60,359 nucleotides of DNA, from the IMG/VR virus record IMGVR_UViG_3300007542_004333. One strand, 5' to 3'. Within the stretch, counting starts at the first letter, position 1. Each line of letters opens with the position of its first letter. Below the pieces are notes generated by a model. The model saw nothing but the letters and a program-made list of their open reading frames with translations. It had not been told where the DNA came from and did not search any database. Position numbers and translations under genes: made by a program. Of this stretch, positions 28,287 to 37,951 are shown piece after piece. The stretch is from an uncultured virus (IMG/VR IMGVR_UViG_3300007542_004333) (taxonomy: Duplodnaviria; Heunggongvirae; Uroviricota; Caudoviricetes).

Positions 28287-28311
28287 CTATTTATTATAGG
28301 AGAAACGTTTT

Positions 28312-28899
28312 ATGCAAACCAAAATCTGTAAAGACTGCCAAGAAGAAAAAACAATAGACCACTTCTACAAGAAAAGTGGAAGACCCGGTAAGTTCGTGCC
28401 TTATTGCAAGCCTTGCTCGTTGATCAGAAACAACAAGTCAAGGAAGAAGAACCCCAACACATTGGCAAGAACAAAAAAGAACTGGAAAGAGTGGTCTTCA
28501 AAAGAAGAAAACAAGCAAAAGAGAAGAGAATACAATAAGAAATACTATAAAAAAAGATGCGATGAAGATCCGTTTTATAGGTTAAAACTTCGTATGGGCA
28601 GTTGGATACTACTAGCGATCAAGAATAACAATGGCTCAAAAGAGGCTAGTGTGTGGGAACATTTACCCTATACACCCCAGCAATTGAAAGAGCATATAGA
28701 AAACCAATTTGAAGACTGGATGACGTGGGAAAACCACGGAAATGGAGAAGGATGCTGGAATTTGGATCACATATATCCGCAGTCATTATTACCATATGAT
28801 AGTTTAGAGCATCCAAACTTTCAAAAATGTTGGGCTTTGGAGAATTTGCAGCCTCTTCCTTGGAAAGAAAACCTATTAAAAAGCAATAAAACTTCTTGA
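28312..28899 (+). mobile_element. Free-standing HNH homing endonuclease-like gene
   Basis: N-terminal CKDC...CKPC; WNLDHIYP...NLQPL...N; own late motif. Confidence 0.82.
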
Positions 28900-28948
28900 C
28901 TTTGTTGCACGACTTTTCTATAGTATAAAGAGCATATAGGAGGGAATT

Positions 28949-29884
28949 ATGCGTAATTATGGCTATGCATGCATTTGCAAGTCGCTGTCCGATCTGCCCA
29001 AGTCACAGCGCATCACAACCAACCGCTCTATGATTCGTCGCACCTTTGACGAGCGCGGCATCAAGTATGCATCAGAGTTGGCTTTGCTCAACGTCAAAGA
29101 TCTAAACAAGATTCTTCGTTGGAATCTAACAAAAGGTATTTCGTTTTATCGTCTATCTTCCGACATTTTTCCGTGGGCGTCTGAATATGCGATGGAAGAA
29201 CTGCCAGACTATGAGTCCATTTTGTTTTACTGCCAGCAGGCTGGCGATTTTGCCAAGCAACACAACATGCGCTTGACTGCTCACCCTGGACCGTTCAACA
29301 AGCTGGCTTCACCCAAAGAGCGCGTGTTCAACCTTACAGCTACTGATCTAAAAGTTCATGCTGACGTGTTTGACATGCTCGGTCTTGAGCGCTCTCCGTA
29401 TGCCAAGCTCAACATCCATGTTGGTGCTGCTTATGGCGATAAGCCTACAGCGCTCGAAACCTTTTGTCGCAATTTTGAGCGTCTGCCAGATTCCGTGCGC
29501 TCTCGCTTGACTGTCGAAAACGACGACAAAGATTCACTATACTCTACCAGCGAGCTTTACGATGGTGTTTATAAACGTATCGGTATTCCTATCGTCTTTG
29601 ACTACCACCATCATCGCTTACACCCTGGCAATCAAACTGAGCAAGAAGCGTTGCAAATGGCTGTTTCAACGTGGGGAAACATCAAGCCTGTTGTCCATTA
29701 CGCTGAATCCCGCTCTGTTGAGCAAGATAACCCTAAGATCAAGCCACAAGCTCATTCTGATTACGTCAATGATTACTTTGACGACTATGGATATGATCTT
29801 GATGTTATGATCGAAGCAAAGCACAAAGAACTTGCACTTTTGCATTATCGTGATATAATTGGCAAGGAGGTGTTGAGTGGCTAA
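28949..29884 (+). CDS. uvsE: UV damage endonuclease
   Basis: GYACI, FYRLSSDIFP, HPG, NIHVG, ENDD, FDYHHH, AHSDY and EAKHKE. Confidence 0.93.
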   Translation: MRNYGYACICKSLSDLPKSQRITTNRSMIRRTFDERGIKYASELALLNVKDLNKILRWNLTKGISFYRLSSDIFPWASEYAMEELPDYESILFYCQQAGDFAKQHNMRLTAHPGPFNKLASPKERVFNLTATDLKVHADVFDMLGLERSPYAKLNIHVGAAYGDKPTALETFCRNFERLPDSVRSRLTVENDDKDSLYSTSELYDGVYKRIGIPIVFDYHHHRLHPGNQTEQEALQMAVSTWGNIKPVVHYAESRSVEQDNPKIKPQAHSDYVNDYFDDYGYDLDVMIEAKHKELALLHYRDIIGKEVLSG

Positions 29885-30842
29885 GAGAGTTTTATTTATA
29901 GACGGACTTAACGCGATGATTCGCGCTTATATTGTCGATCCTTCAATTTCTCATCATGGGCAACCAATCGGAGGAATCAAAGGATTTATTAAGATCCTTC
30001 AGAAGCTTGTAAGAGAAACAGAGCCAGACCAGATTGTTGTTTGTTGGGACGGACCTGATGGCTCTCGCAAGCGAAAAGACATTGACAAAAATTACAAAGG
30101 TGGTCGCAAGCCGATCAGATTAAATCGCGCTTTTCATAATCTCACAGAAGAACAAGAAACCGAGAACAAAGCTTGGCAACAGCTAAGACTAATGGAATAC
30201 CTAAATAGCATGCCAGTTATTCAGATTATTTTGCCTCAGATTGAAGCAGACGATGTTATTTCTTTTTTGACTCAAACTGATTATTATCATGGCTGGCAGA
30301 AAGTTATTGTTTCTAACGATAAAGATTTCATGCAGCTTTGCGACGATGAGACAGTATTGCTTCGCCCTGTGAAAGACGAAGTTCTAAACAAAAAGACGAT
30401 CATCCAACAAACAGGAATTCATCCTACCAACATGGCTCTCGCCAGAGCTATTATCGGAGATAGTTCAGATAATCTTCCCGGTATTAGAGGTGCTGGGTTT
30501 GCGACGGTTGCAAAGCGACTACAGTTTCTTTCAGAAGAAAAGACATATACAATTCAAGACGTGATTGATTATTGTGAAAGTTCAGATAAGAAAATTAATT
30601 TCTTTTCTAACGTTGTAGAGGGAAAGAACGTTGTAGAGCATAATTATAAAATGATGCAGTTGTACTCCCCACAAATGTCACTTCAGTCAAAGGTCAAGGT
30701 AAAGCATGCTATTGAAAATTTTGACCATGCATTCAATAAAACAGAAATAATCAAAATGATGCGTGAAGATGGATTTGGTGAGTTGAATTGGGAGACACTA
30801 AGAACTGCCTTAAACAGAATTGCTTATAACAATAAGTCTTGA
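29877..30842 (+). CDS. 5'-3' exonuclease (PolI N-terminal/T4 RNase H-like)
   Basis: IDGLN, YKGGR, EADDVI, SNDKDFMQL and GDSSDNLPGI. Confidence 0.92.
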   Translation: MAKRVLFIDGLNAMIRAYIVDPSISHHGQPIGGIKGFIKILQKLVRETEPDQIVVCWDGPDGSRKRKDIDKNYKGGRKPIRLNRAFHNLTEEQETENKAWQQLRLMEYLNSMPVIQIILPQIEADDVISFLTQTDYYHGWQKVIVSNDKDFMQLCDDETVLLRPVKDEVLNKKTIIQQTGIHPTNMALARAIIGDSSDNLPGIRGAGFATVAKRLQFLSEEKTYTIQDVIDYCESSDKKINFFSNVVEGKNVVEHNYKMMQLYSPQMSLQSKVKVKHAIENFDHAFNKTEIIKMMREDGFGELNWETLRTALNRIAYNNKS

Positions 30843-30885
30843 CTTATAATAGCGGTTAAGTTAAACTATACAAAAAGGTGGTTTA

Positions 30886-32268
30886 GTGAATAATAATTTT
30901 TCAGATTTTAGTAGATATGGGAAGTCGTTCCAAGAGGGATTGGTTCAGTTAATCTTTGAGGACCGACCTTTCGCAGATCAGATTATTGAAGTTCTCGACA
31001 TTAATTTTCTGGAACTTCATTATTTACGTATCTTTGTTGAAAAAGTAATCAATTACAGAACTAAATACAGTAGGCACCCTTCTGTGCAAGCAATGTCAAC
31101 CATTCTTAACACAGAGATAGAGGGTGAAGAGGAGATCATAAAAAAGCAAGTAAGAGATTTCTTTCGTCGTATTCACACACACGAAGTCTTAGACGTTGAG
31201 TTCATTAAAGAACAGTCCGTTGATTTTTGCCGTAAGCAAACGCTTAAAAAGGCTATGATTGAGTCTGTGGGCTTACTACAAACCTGTTCATTTGATGAAA
31301 TCTCAGAAACGATCAATAAAGCACTAAAACTAGGCTCTGAGAATAACTTTGGTTATGATTATCTTGCGGATTTTGATAAGCGCTTCGAGCCTAAAATCCG
31401 CAATCCAGTTTCAACTGGCTGGTCAGAAATTGATGTTATTACAAAGGGAGGTCTAGGAAGAAATGAACTTGGAGTTGTCATTGCACCAACAGGTGCTGGA
31501 AAATCTATGGTCCTTGTACATCTCGGCACACAAGCTTTATTGGAGGGCAAAACTGTTGTTCATTATACGCTTGAACTACAGGATACGGTTATAGCTAGTC
31601 GTTATGATTCTTGCCTTACAGGATTTCCTCTTACAAACATCACAGACTTTAAAGAAGAGATTTATGAAAAGGTAAAGGATCTTCAGGGTGGCTTGATCGT
31701 TAAAGAATATCCAACAAAGTCTGCTTCCACGAATACAATCCGTTCGCATTTGTCTCGTTTGGTTAAAAAAGGAGTAGAGCCAGGAATGATTATTATTGAT
31801 TATGGCGATCTTCTTAAGCCAGTTATAGTGAGAAAAGAGAAAAGAAATGAATTGGAGTCGATTTACGAAGAAATGAGGGCACTTTCTGCCGAGTTTAATT
31901 GTCCCGTATGGACTGCTTCTCAGACAAATCGTTCTGGTTTGAACGCAGAGGTAGTCACAATGGAGCAAATTTCAGAAGCGTTTAACAAGTGCTTTGTTGC
32001 TGATTTCATTTTTTCTGTTTCCAGAACAATTGAAGATAAGCAAGCAAATACAGGTAAGGTTTTTGTTGCCAAAAACCGAAATGGACCTGATGGTATGGTT
32101 TACCCAATCAAAATGGATACATCAAACGTCAATATTAAAGTCTTGGAGAAGAACAATATTGAAGCTGTGCAAGCAGCATTAAATCCAGTGGCTCTATCAG
32201 TTGCAGAACAGAAAGAACTACTTAAACAAAAATATTCCAACTATAGAAAACAAAAAGGAAATAGCTAA
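30886..32268 (+). CDS. dnaB: Replicative DnaB-like helicase
   Basis: APTGAGKS, TLEL, IIDYGDL, WTASQTNR and KNRNG. Confidence 0.92.
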   Translation: MNNNFSDFSRYGKSFQEGLVQLIFEDRPFADQIIEVLDINFLELHYLRIFVEKVINYRTKYSRHPSVQAMSTILNTEIEGEEEIIKKQVRDFFRRIHTHEVLDVEFIKEQSVDFCRKQTLKKAMIESVGLLQTCSFDEISETINKALKLGSENNFGYDYLADFDKRFEPKIRNPVSTGWSEIDVITKGGLGRNELGVVIAPTGAGKSMVLVHLGTQALLEGKTVVHYTLELQDTVIASRYDSCLTGFPLTNITDFKEEIYEKVKDLQGGLIVKEYPTKSASTNTIRSHLSRLVKKGVEPGMIIIDYGDLLKPVIVRKEKRNELESIYEEMRALSAEFNCPVWTASQTNRSGLNAEVVTMEQISEAFNKCFVADFIFSVSRTIEDKQANTGKVFVAKNRNGPDGMVYPIKMDTSNVNIKVLEKNNIEAVQAALNPVALSVAEQKELLKQKYSNYRKQKGNS

Positions 32269-34235
32269 TGAAAACTTTTGGAAATATTCGTCGCTTTAGA
32301 TTATCAGATAATTTTATTGAGCCTTACATAACTAAGGAAGTTCCGTGGGGACCACTAGGTTATGTTACTTTTAAACGCACTTACGCTCGCAGATGTAATG
32401 AGTTTGATCCTACTGCTGCTGGCACCGAAGAATGGTGGCAAACTTGTCGTCGCGTTATTGAAGGCATGTTTAACATGCAGAAACAGCACGTTTATCTGCT
32501 TGGGCTAGATTGGAACGATGCAAAAGCCCAGAAAACCGCAAAAGAAGCTTATGAGCGCTTATTTGATCTAAAATGGACTCCTCCAGGGAGAGGTTTATGG
32601 ATGATGGGCACAGACTTTGTTGAAAATCGCACTGCTGCTGGTCTTTTTAACTGTGCGTTTAGATCTACTAAAGATCTACCAAACAAAGGTGGTTATCTTT
32701 TTGCTTGGATGATGGACGCTCTTATGCTTGGTATTGGTGTTGGTTTCGACACTAAAGGTGCCAATAGCATTATTATTCGTGAGCCTCAGTATACTGGCGA
32801 TACGCATGTTATTGATGATTCTCGCGAAGGTTGGGTAAACTCTGTTCATCTTCTGCTTGACGGGTTTTTCTTTGGCAACAAAATTCCTGTTTTTGATTAT
32901 TCTGCTATTCGTGATGCTGGCGAGCCTATTCGTGGTTTCGGTGGCACTTCTTCTGGCGCGGGACCACTAAAGCAACTGCACGAAGATTTAGTCGAGCTTT
33001 ATTCAACTCGCGTTGGTGAGCCAATCACATCTGTTGATATTGTTGATACTGAAAATCTTATTGGTCGTTGCGTCGTTGCAGGAAACGTGCGCAGATCTGC
33101 TGCTCTTGCTTTAGGCAACCACAAAGACCGCGAATATCTTGAGATGAAAAACGATCAAGAAAAACTATACCACCACAGATGGGGTTCCAATAACTCTCTT
33201 GACGCTGTTGTCGGCATGGATTATACTTGGTATGCTGAACAATCTCAGAAAAACGGTGAGCCAGGGTACATTTGGCTTGATAATGCAAGAACTCATGGTC
33301 GTTTTAAGGATGGTCTACGTTATGACGATATAAACGTGGCTGGATTTAATCCTTGTGTCGAGCAGCAGTTAGAAGATGCAGAACTTTGTTGTTTGGTTGA
33401 AACTTTCCCGGCAAAACACGAAAGCTACGAAGACTATCTAAGGACTTTAAAAATTGCTTATCTATACGGCAAGACAATCACGCTTTCAAATACCCATTGG
33501 GCGGAAACCAACGCAAAGATGCTTAAAAACCGTCGTATTGGTCTTTCTCAGTCTGGCGTGGTCCAAGCTTTCAACAAGTTTGGTCGCCGCACTGTTTACG
33601 AGTGGTGCGATAATGCATACGATTATGTAAAGCAACTAGATGAAGAATATTCAAACTGGCTTTGCATTCCGAAATCTGTTCGCATGACAAGCATCAAACC
33701 TTCTGGAACCGTTTCTTTGCTTAACGGTTCTACTCCAGGTATCCACTTCCCAGAGAACGAGTATTACATTCGTCGTATTCGCTTTGCAAAAGATTCTCAG
33801 CTACTTGACACTTTGCAGAAAGCTGGTTATTATATGGAAGATGATCAGTATTCTCCAAATACGATTTGCGTGGAATTTCCTGTGAGAGAACCTTTCTATA
33901 ATAAAGGCAAAGTTGATGTTTCTATTTGGGAGCAGTTAGAGATTGCGGCTCAGTACCAGCATTATTGGGCTGACAACTCAGTTTCTATTACTGTTACATT
34001 TAAGCCAGAAGAAGCACATCAAATCAAAGATGCACTCGAAATGTACGAAACTCGCTTAAAAGCTGTTTCTTTCTTACGCTACGAGGAGACAGGCTATGTT
34101 CAGGCTCCATATGAACCTATTACCAAAGAAAGATACGAAGAGATGATCGCAAACATTAGTCCAATCCAAAGATTCGACATTGAAGAACAAGGATCTGGCA
34201 CGAAGTTCTGCGATGGAGATTACTGCGAAATTTAA
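32268..34235 (+). CDS. nrdJ: Class II (B12-dependent) ribonucleotide reductase, monomeric RTPR type
   Basis: PPGRGLW, FNC, GNVRRSA, NPCVEQ, SIKPSGTVS; C-terminal FCDGDYC. Confidence 0.92.
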   Translation: MKTFGNIRRFRLSDNFIEPYITKEVPWGPLGYVTFKRTYARRCNEFDPTAAGTEEWWQTCRRVIEGMFNMQKQHVYLLGLDWNDAKAQKTAKEAYERLFDLKWTPPGRGLWMMGTDFVENRTAAGLFNCAFRSTKDLPNKGGYLFAWMMDALMLGIGVGFDTKGANSIIIREPQYTGDTHVIDDSREGWVNSVHLLLDGFFFGNKIPVFDYSAIRDAGEPIRGFGGTSSGAGPLKQLHEDLVELYSTRVGEPITSVDIVDTENLIGRCVVAGNVRRSAALALGNHKDREYLEMKNDQEKLYHHRWGSNNSLDAVVGMDYTWYAEQSQKNGEPGYIWLDNARTHGRFKDGLRYDDINVAGFNPCVEQQLEDAELCCLVETFPAKHESYEDYLRTLKIAYLYGKTITLSNTHWAETNAKMLKNRRIGLSQSGVVQAFNKFGRRTVYEWCDNAYDYVKQLDEEYSNWLCIPKSVRMTSIKPSGTVSLLNGSTPGIHFPENEYYIRRIRFAKDSQLLDTLQKAGYYMEDDQYSPNTICVEFPVREPFYNKGKVDVSIWEQLEIAAQYQHYWADNSVSITVTFKPEEAHQIKDALEMYETRLKAVSFLRYEETGYVQAPYEPITKERYEEMIANISPIQRFDIEEQGSGTKFCDGDYCEI

Positions 34236-34247
34236 TGGAGGTGTTAT

Positions 34248-34520
34248 TTGTTTCAGCCAGTAAATCGTTATGTTCTAATTGAGGTTCTTGAAGATACTCA
34301 AGAAGAAGATGATTTTAGTGGTTTTGTTGTGCCAGACGAGTTCGCACCAGCAAAGCCAACACATTCCGCTGCCAGAGTTCTCAAAACGGCTCCAGACTGC
34401 CGTTTTGAGCTTCTGGCTGGTTCAAAAATTATTATTAACCGTTCTATGGTCGAAGAAATTTCTATTGGTTCTTCGACGTGGAGCGTAATTCTAGACAACT
34501 ATATTATAGGAATTTTATAA
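34248..34520 (+). CDS. groES: GroES-like co-chaperonin
   Basis: MFQPVNRYVLIE...SGFVVP...ILDNYIIGIL; 90 aa. Confidence 0.7.
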   Translation: MFQPVNRYVLIEVLEDTQEEDDFSGFVVPDEFAPAKPTHSAARVLKTAPDCRFELLAGSKIIINRSMVEEISIGSSTWSVILDNYIIGIL

Positions 34521-35410
34521 TGGATAAAGACTTTTATAATCGCTCGTCAGCGACTCAGCTAGGGTGGGAGCCATCTTGGTTTGGAGAAAAAGACTTTGAT
34601 GAAAGGCTTGTTAGGGCTATCAAAAAGTGGCAGAAAGCAAATGGAATAACTGCCGATGGTCTATGTGGTCCATCTACTTTTCGTCGTATTTGGACTGAAA
34701 GACAAGCAGATATTGATGAATACAAGCCAAAAGATTTAAAATATTCAAATTATCTTGTTTATAACGGCAAGTTTGTGCCCATCAAATGGGACAAAGTTGT
34801 GTTATGGTCAGAGAAAGCAGGGCTATCTGCTAAATCTGGAAATTATTACGATTATTCAGGCAAAAGTGATCGCAAGATTCGGTTATTTATTAATCATTGG
34901 GATGTTTGTTTAAATTCTCGCTCTTGCAACGACGTTCTAAATAAAAGAGGAATCTCGGTTCATTTTTTGATTGACAATGATGGTACAATATACCAAACTA
35001 TGGATATGCAACATGGTGCTTGGCATGCTGGTTCTGGGGCGATTAACAAAGCCTCGGTTGGAGTTGAGATCTCAAATGCATTTTATACGAAGCATCAGAA
35101 CTGGTACGTTAAAAATGGTTATGGAGAGCGCCCAATAATAGAAAATGCAGTTGTGCATGGGGGCAAGGTAGAGGCACATCTTGGCTTTTACCCTGTCCAG
35201 ATTAAAGCAGCGCAAGCTCTATGGAGCGCCATTGCTGGGGTTACTGATGTTGAACTTAAAGCGCCGTTAGATAGTGGCAAAACCTCAACTGATTATTCAA
35301 AAGATGTTGTTAGTGGTAAATTTGCTGGTGTAATCAGCCATTACCATTGCTCTAAAAAGAAAATTGATTGTGCAGGATTGGATATTGCAAAACTAATCAA
35401 AGAAATTTAA
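34520..35410 (+). CDS. Endolysin: peptidoglycan-binding domain plus N-acetylmuramoyl-L-alanine amidase
   Basis: AIKKWQKANGITADGLCGPST; SVHFLIDNDGTIYQ, AWHAG and SVGVEI. Confidence 0.88.
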   Translation: MDKDFYNRSSATQLGWEPSWFGEKDFDERLVRAIKKWQKANGITADGLCGPSTFRRIWTERQADIDEYKPKDLKYSNYLVYNGKFVPIKWDKVVLWSEKAGLSAKSGNYYDYSGKSDRKIRLFINHWDVCLNSRSCNDVLNKRGISVHFLIDNDGTIYQTMDMQHGAWHAGSGAINKASVGVEISNAFYTKHQNWYVKNGYGERPIIENAVVHGGKVEAHLGFYPVQIKAAQALWSAIAGVTDVELKAPLDSGKTSTDYSKDVVSGKFAGVISHYHCSKKKIDCAGLDIAKLIKEI

Positions 35411-35419
35411 GGAGGATAA

Positions 35420-35494
35420 ATGAAAGCAGTAGCATCTGTAGTTATTATTGGGGTCGCAGTGGCGGCTAGGATTTTACATGCCAGATTCAGTTAA
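35420..35494 (+). CDS. Small hydrophobic peptide MKAVASVVIIGVAVAARILHARFS
   Basis: AAGGAGG RBS; directly after the endolysin. Confidence 0.45.
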   Translation: MKAVASVVIIGVAVAARILHARFS

Positions 35495-35741
35495 CCACCC
35501 TTCCCACTATCAAAGTGGCGAGATCGAAAAAGATGGAACATCAAAATACGAAGCCATTAAAGTAATTCAAGCTTGGGACTTGTGCTTTTGTCTTGGAAAT
35601 GTTATAAAGTATGTAGCACGGGCTGGAAAGAAGACTTCAAATCCAATCGAAGACCTTGAGAAAGCCAAGTGGTATCTTGAAAGACATATTCAAAAACTGA
35701 AGGAGAATAATGACAGTTCTGGATCGAGAAACAAGACGTGA
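35478..35741 (+). CDS. DUF3310 family protein
   Basis: DSVNHPSHY...GNVIKYVARAGKK...EDLEKAKWYL. Confidence 0.88.
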   Translation: MPDSVNHPSHYQSGEIEKDGTSKYEAIKVIQAWDLCFCLGNVIKYVARAGKKTSNPIEDLEKAKWYLERHIQKLKENNDSSGSRNKT

Positions 35742-36240
35742 ACGGTATGACTACAAAGCCAAAACAGCAAAATTTCTTCCTATGTCTATGGGTTGTGTAA
35801 ATTTTGATTGTGACGGTAATCTTGCTTATCTAATACGCTCGGCGGCGTGTTTCGGCATACAAGATTTACATGTAATCGGCTCTGTTCCGCATCGCTCAAA
35901 ATTAAATTCTTTATCAGGTTCCACATACGATTATGTAAACATTATTCAGCACTCTTCGCCTTATAGCTTTTTGAAATGGGCAAGAGAAAACAAAGTTAAA
36001 ATTGTTTCTGCGGAGTTGACCGATGAATCTCAAAAACTAAGAGATTATTCTTTTGACTTCTCAGAACATATTTGTATCTTTACTGGACATGAAACAACTG
36101 GTGTGCCAATCGAGATCATCAAAAATAGTGATTGCGTTGAAATTGATATGCCAGGAATCGGTTTCTGTTTAAACACCGCTCAGGCGGCTAACATCTTACT
36201 TTACGAATCATGCAAACAATATTATCATACGACAAAATAG
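35710..36240 (+). CDS. SpoU/TrmH-family (SPOUT) RNA 2'-O-methyltransferase
   Basis: GNLAYLIRSAACFG, GHETTGVP and IDMPG...CLNTAQA. Confidence 0.85.
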   Translation: MTVLDRETRRERYDYKAKTAKFLPMSMGCVNFDCDGNLAYLIRSAACFGIQDLHVIGSVPHRSKLNSLSGSTYDYVNIIQHSSPYSFLKWARENKVKIVSAELTDESQKLRDYSFDFSEHICIFTGHETTGVPIEIIKNSDCVEIDMPGIGFCLNTAQAANILLYESCKQYYHTTK

Positions 36241-37091
36241 TAATAGGTAGCTCACTTGAAGCACTAATGTTTGCTTTCATTCATGATCTGCCTATTTTCT
36301 TTTCAACTCCAGATTATCCATTTAAGTTTTCTTTTTTGGATACAAACTTAAACCTTTCTTATCTTAAGATTGAAAATAAGATGCGTAAACTTAAAACGCA
36401 TGCAAATGAGATTATAGTTGGCGCTCCAAAAAGCCTTCTTTGGGAAAGATTAATGTTTTGCTTGGGAGTTACCAACAAAACTCCAACAGCGCATTTGTGT
36501 CATTCGATCCGATATAATGGAGACACTATTTCTTTTATGGACGAATACCACAAGATTGCAGAAATAGAATTTAATCATTGTTACTACTTTGGAGATCAAA
36601 ATTGCAAAGGCTTTGTAAAAACTGAAGCAGTTGAAGATAGATTTATGTGCTATGATTGGTTATACTTTAGTAGTGGCAAAAAACACAACATTGATTTTAT
36701 TGAAACTGGCGACAACTTTGTTTCTAAAATATGGTTTTATGATGAGCTTAGAGAAGGAGAATTGGCGCTATTAAAAGACGCTTGTGCTGTGTCTATTCTT
36801 ACAAAAGAGCAACTACAGGATTTTGATTATTCAGAAACTATGTCACGCTTTAAAGCTATCCATGAAATGGAAAAGCGTGGAATGAAACATAGAAATAGCT
36901 TGATTGTTAACGGCAAACAACACACAGTTAACATACAAGCTCAACATAAAAAAAGAGAAATATGGAGGTTAAATGAAGAAATCTATTCGGCAGATGATCG
37001 CATCGAAATTGCGAAATACAAAGAAAAAGATTTATATGCAGATTTGCAGAATTGCAAGTTGGCAAACAATAGATTTTTGAGGCTATTATGA
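36210..37091 (+). CDS. Hypothetical protein with degenerate Rossmann-like N-terminus
   Basis: YDKIVIGSSLEALMFA. Confidence 0.55.
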   Translation: MQTILSYDKIVIGSSLEALMFAFIHDLPIFFSTPDYPFKFSFLDTNLNLSYLKIENKMRKLKTHANEIIVGAPKSLLWERLMFCLGVTNKTPTAHLCHSIRYNGDTISFMDEYHKIAEIEFNHCYYFGDQNCKGFVKTEAVEDRFMCYDWLYFSSGKKHNIDFIETGDNFVSKIWFYDELREGELALLKDACAVSILTKEQLQDFDYSETMSRFKAIHEMEKRGMKHRNSLIVNGKQHTVNIQAQHKKREIWRLNEEIYSADDRIEIAKYKEKDLYADLQNCKLANNRFLRLL

Positions 37092-37942
37092 AGCAACACT
37101 TAGCAGGGATTATTCCCGTCGCCAATTTGCAAACTGATTACGAGATAGAAACCCCTGAAATACTAATGCCCGTTAACGCGGGCTTTACTGCTATTCAGAA
37201 GTCTGTTTTTGAGTGCTCTCTTGCTGGCTGCAACACAATTTGGATTGTCGCAAATCAAGATTTGGCTCCAATCGTCAAAAAAGTAGTTGGTGAGTGGGTT
37301 TATGATCCAGTTTATTACAACCAAGAGCAAAAAAGATTCTACAGAGAACATCGCAGAGAAATACCAATTTATTATATTCCGATTGATGATAAAGATATGA
37401 ATCGTCGCGATTCTTATGGTTGGTCAATCTTGCATGGAGTTAACACTGCGTGGTGGGTTGGAAACAGACTTTCACGCTGGCTTGTGCCTGATAAATATTT
37501 TATTTCTTTTCCAATGGCTGCACATGATGTCTATTCTATTCGCCAATACAGAAAAGAAATCTCATCAGAACAAAACTTCTTTTTAACTTACGAAAACAAA
37601 ACAGTTAAAGATAACTTACCTTTGTCTTTTACAATGCAAGGGCAAGATTATCTTAATTGCCGAAGAAATATAACCGCTATTTCAACACGGAAAACAAGAA
37701 TAACCCCAGAAGGCAGACAAAACTTACCTCTCAGCGAGCGATGGTCGGCAAGGTTTTTTGATTTATCCACGGTTTTGGACAAAATGGATACCGACAACGG
37801 CATAAAGCAAGAAGCCGATTGGTTTTTTGATTTAACTTCTTGGCAAGGCTATAAAAACTTTCTTGGCTCTGGTCACGAAATAGCAAAACCGTATAAAGAC
37901 TTGACAGGACCGCACCGACACGTTAAATTAATTGAGCACTAA
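37088..37942 (+). CDS. Divergent sugar-nucleotidyltransferase-like (GT-A fold) protein
   Basis: LAGIIPVA...LMPV...AGCNTIWIV. Confidence 0.5.
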   Translation: MKQHLAGIIPVANLQTDYEIETPEILMPVNAGFTAIQKSVFECSLAGCNTIWIVANQDLAPIVKKVVGEWVYDPVYYNQEQKRFYREHRREIPIYYIPIDDKDMNRRDSYGWSILHGVNTAWWVGNRLSRWLVPDKYFISFPMAAHDVYSIRQYRKEISSEQNFFLTYENKTVKDNLPLSFTMQGQDYLNCRRNITAISTRKTRITPEGRQNLPLSERWSARFFDLSTVLDKMDTDNGIKQEADWFFDLTSWQGYKNFLGSGHEIAKPYKDLTGPHRHVKLIEH

Positions 37943-37951
37943 GGAGAAAAT

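Noticed and set aside
28245..28949. Group I intron in uvsE containing the HNH gene
   Set aside because: The downstream uvsE has its own promoter, RBS and complete N-terminus, and there is no room for a ribozyme core
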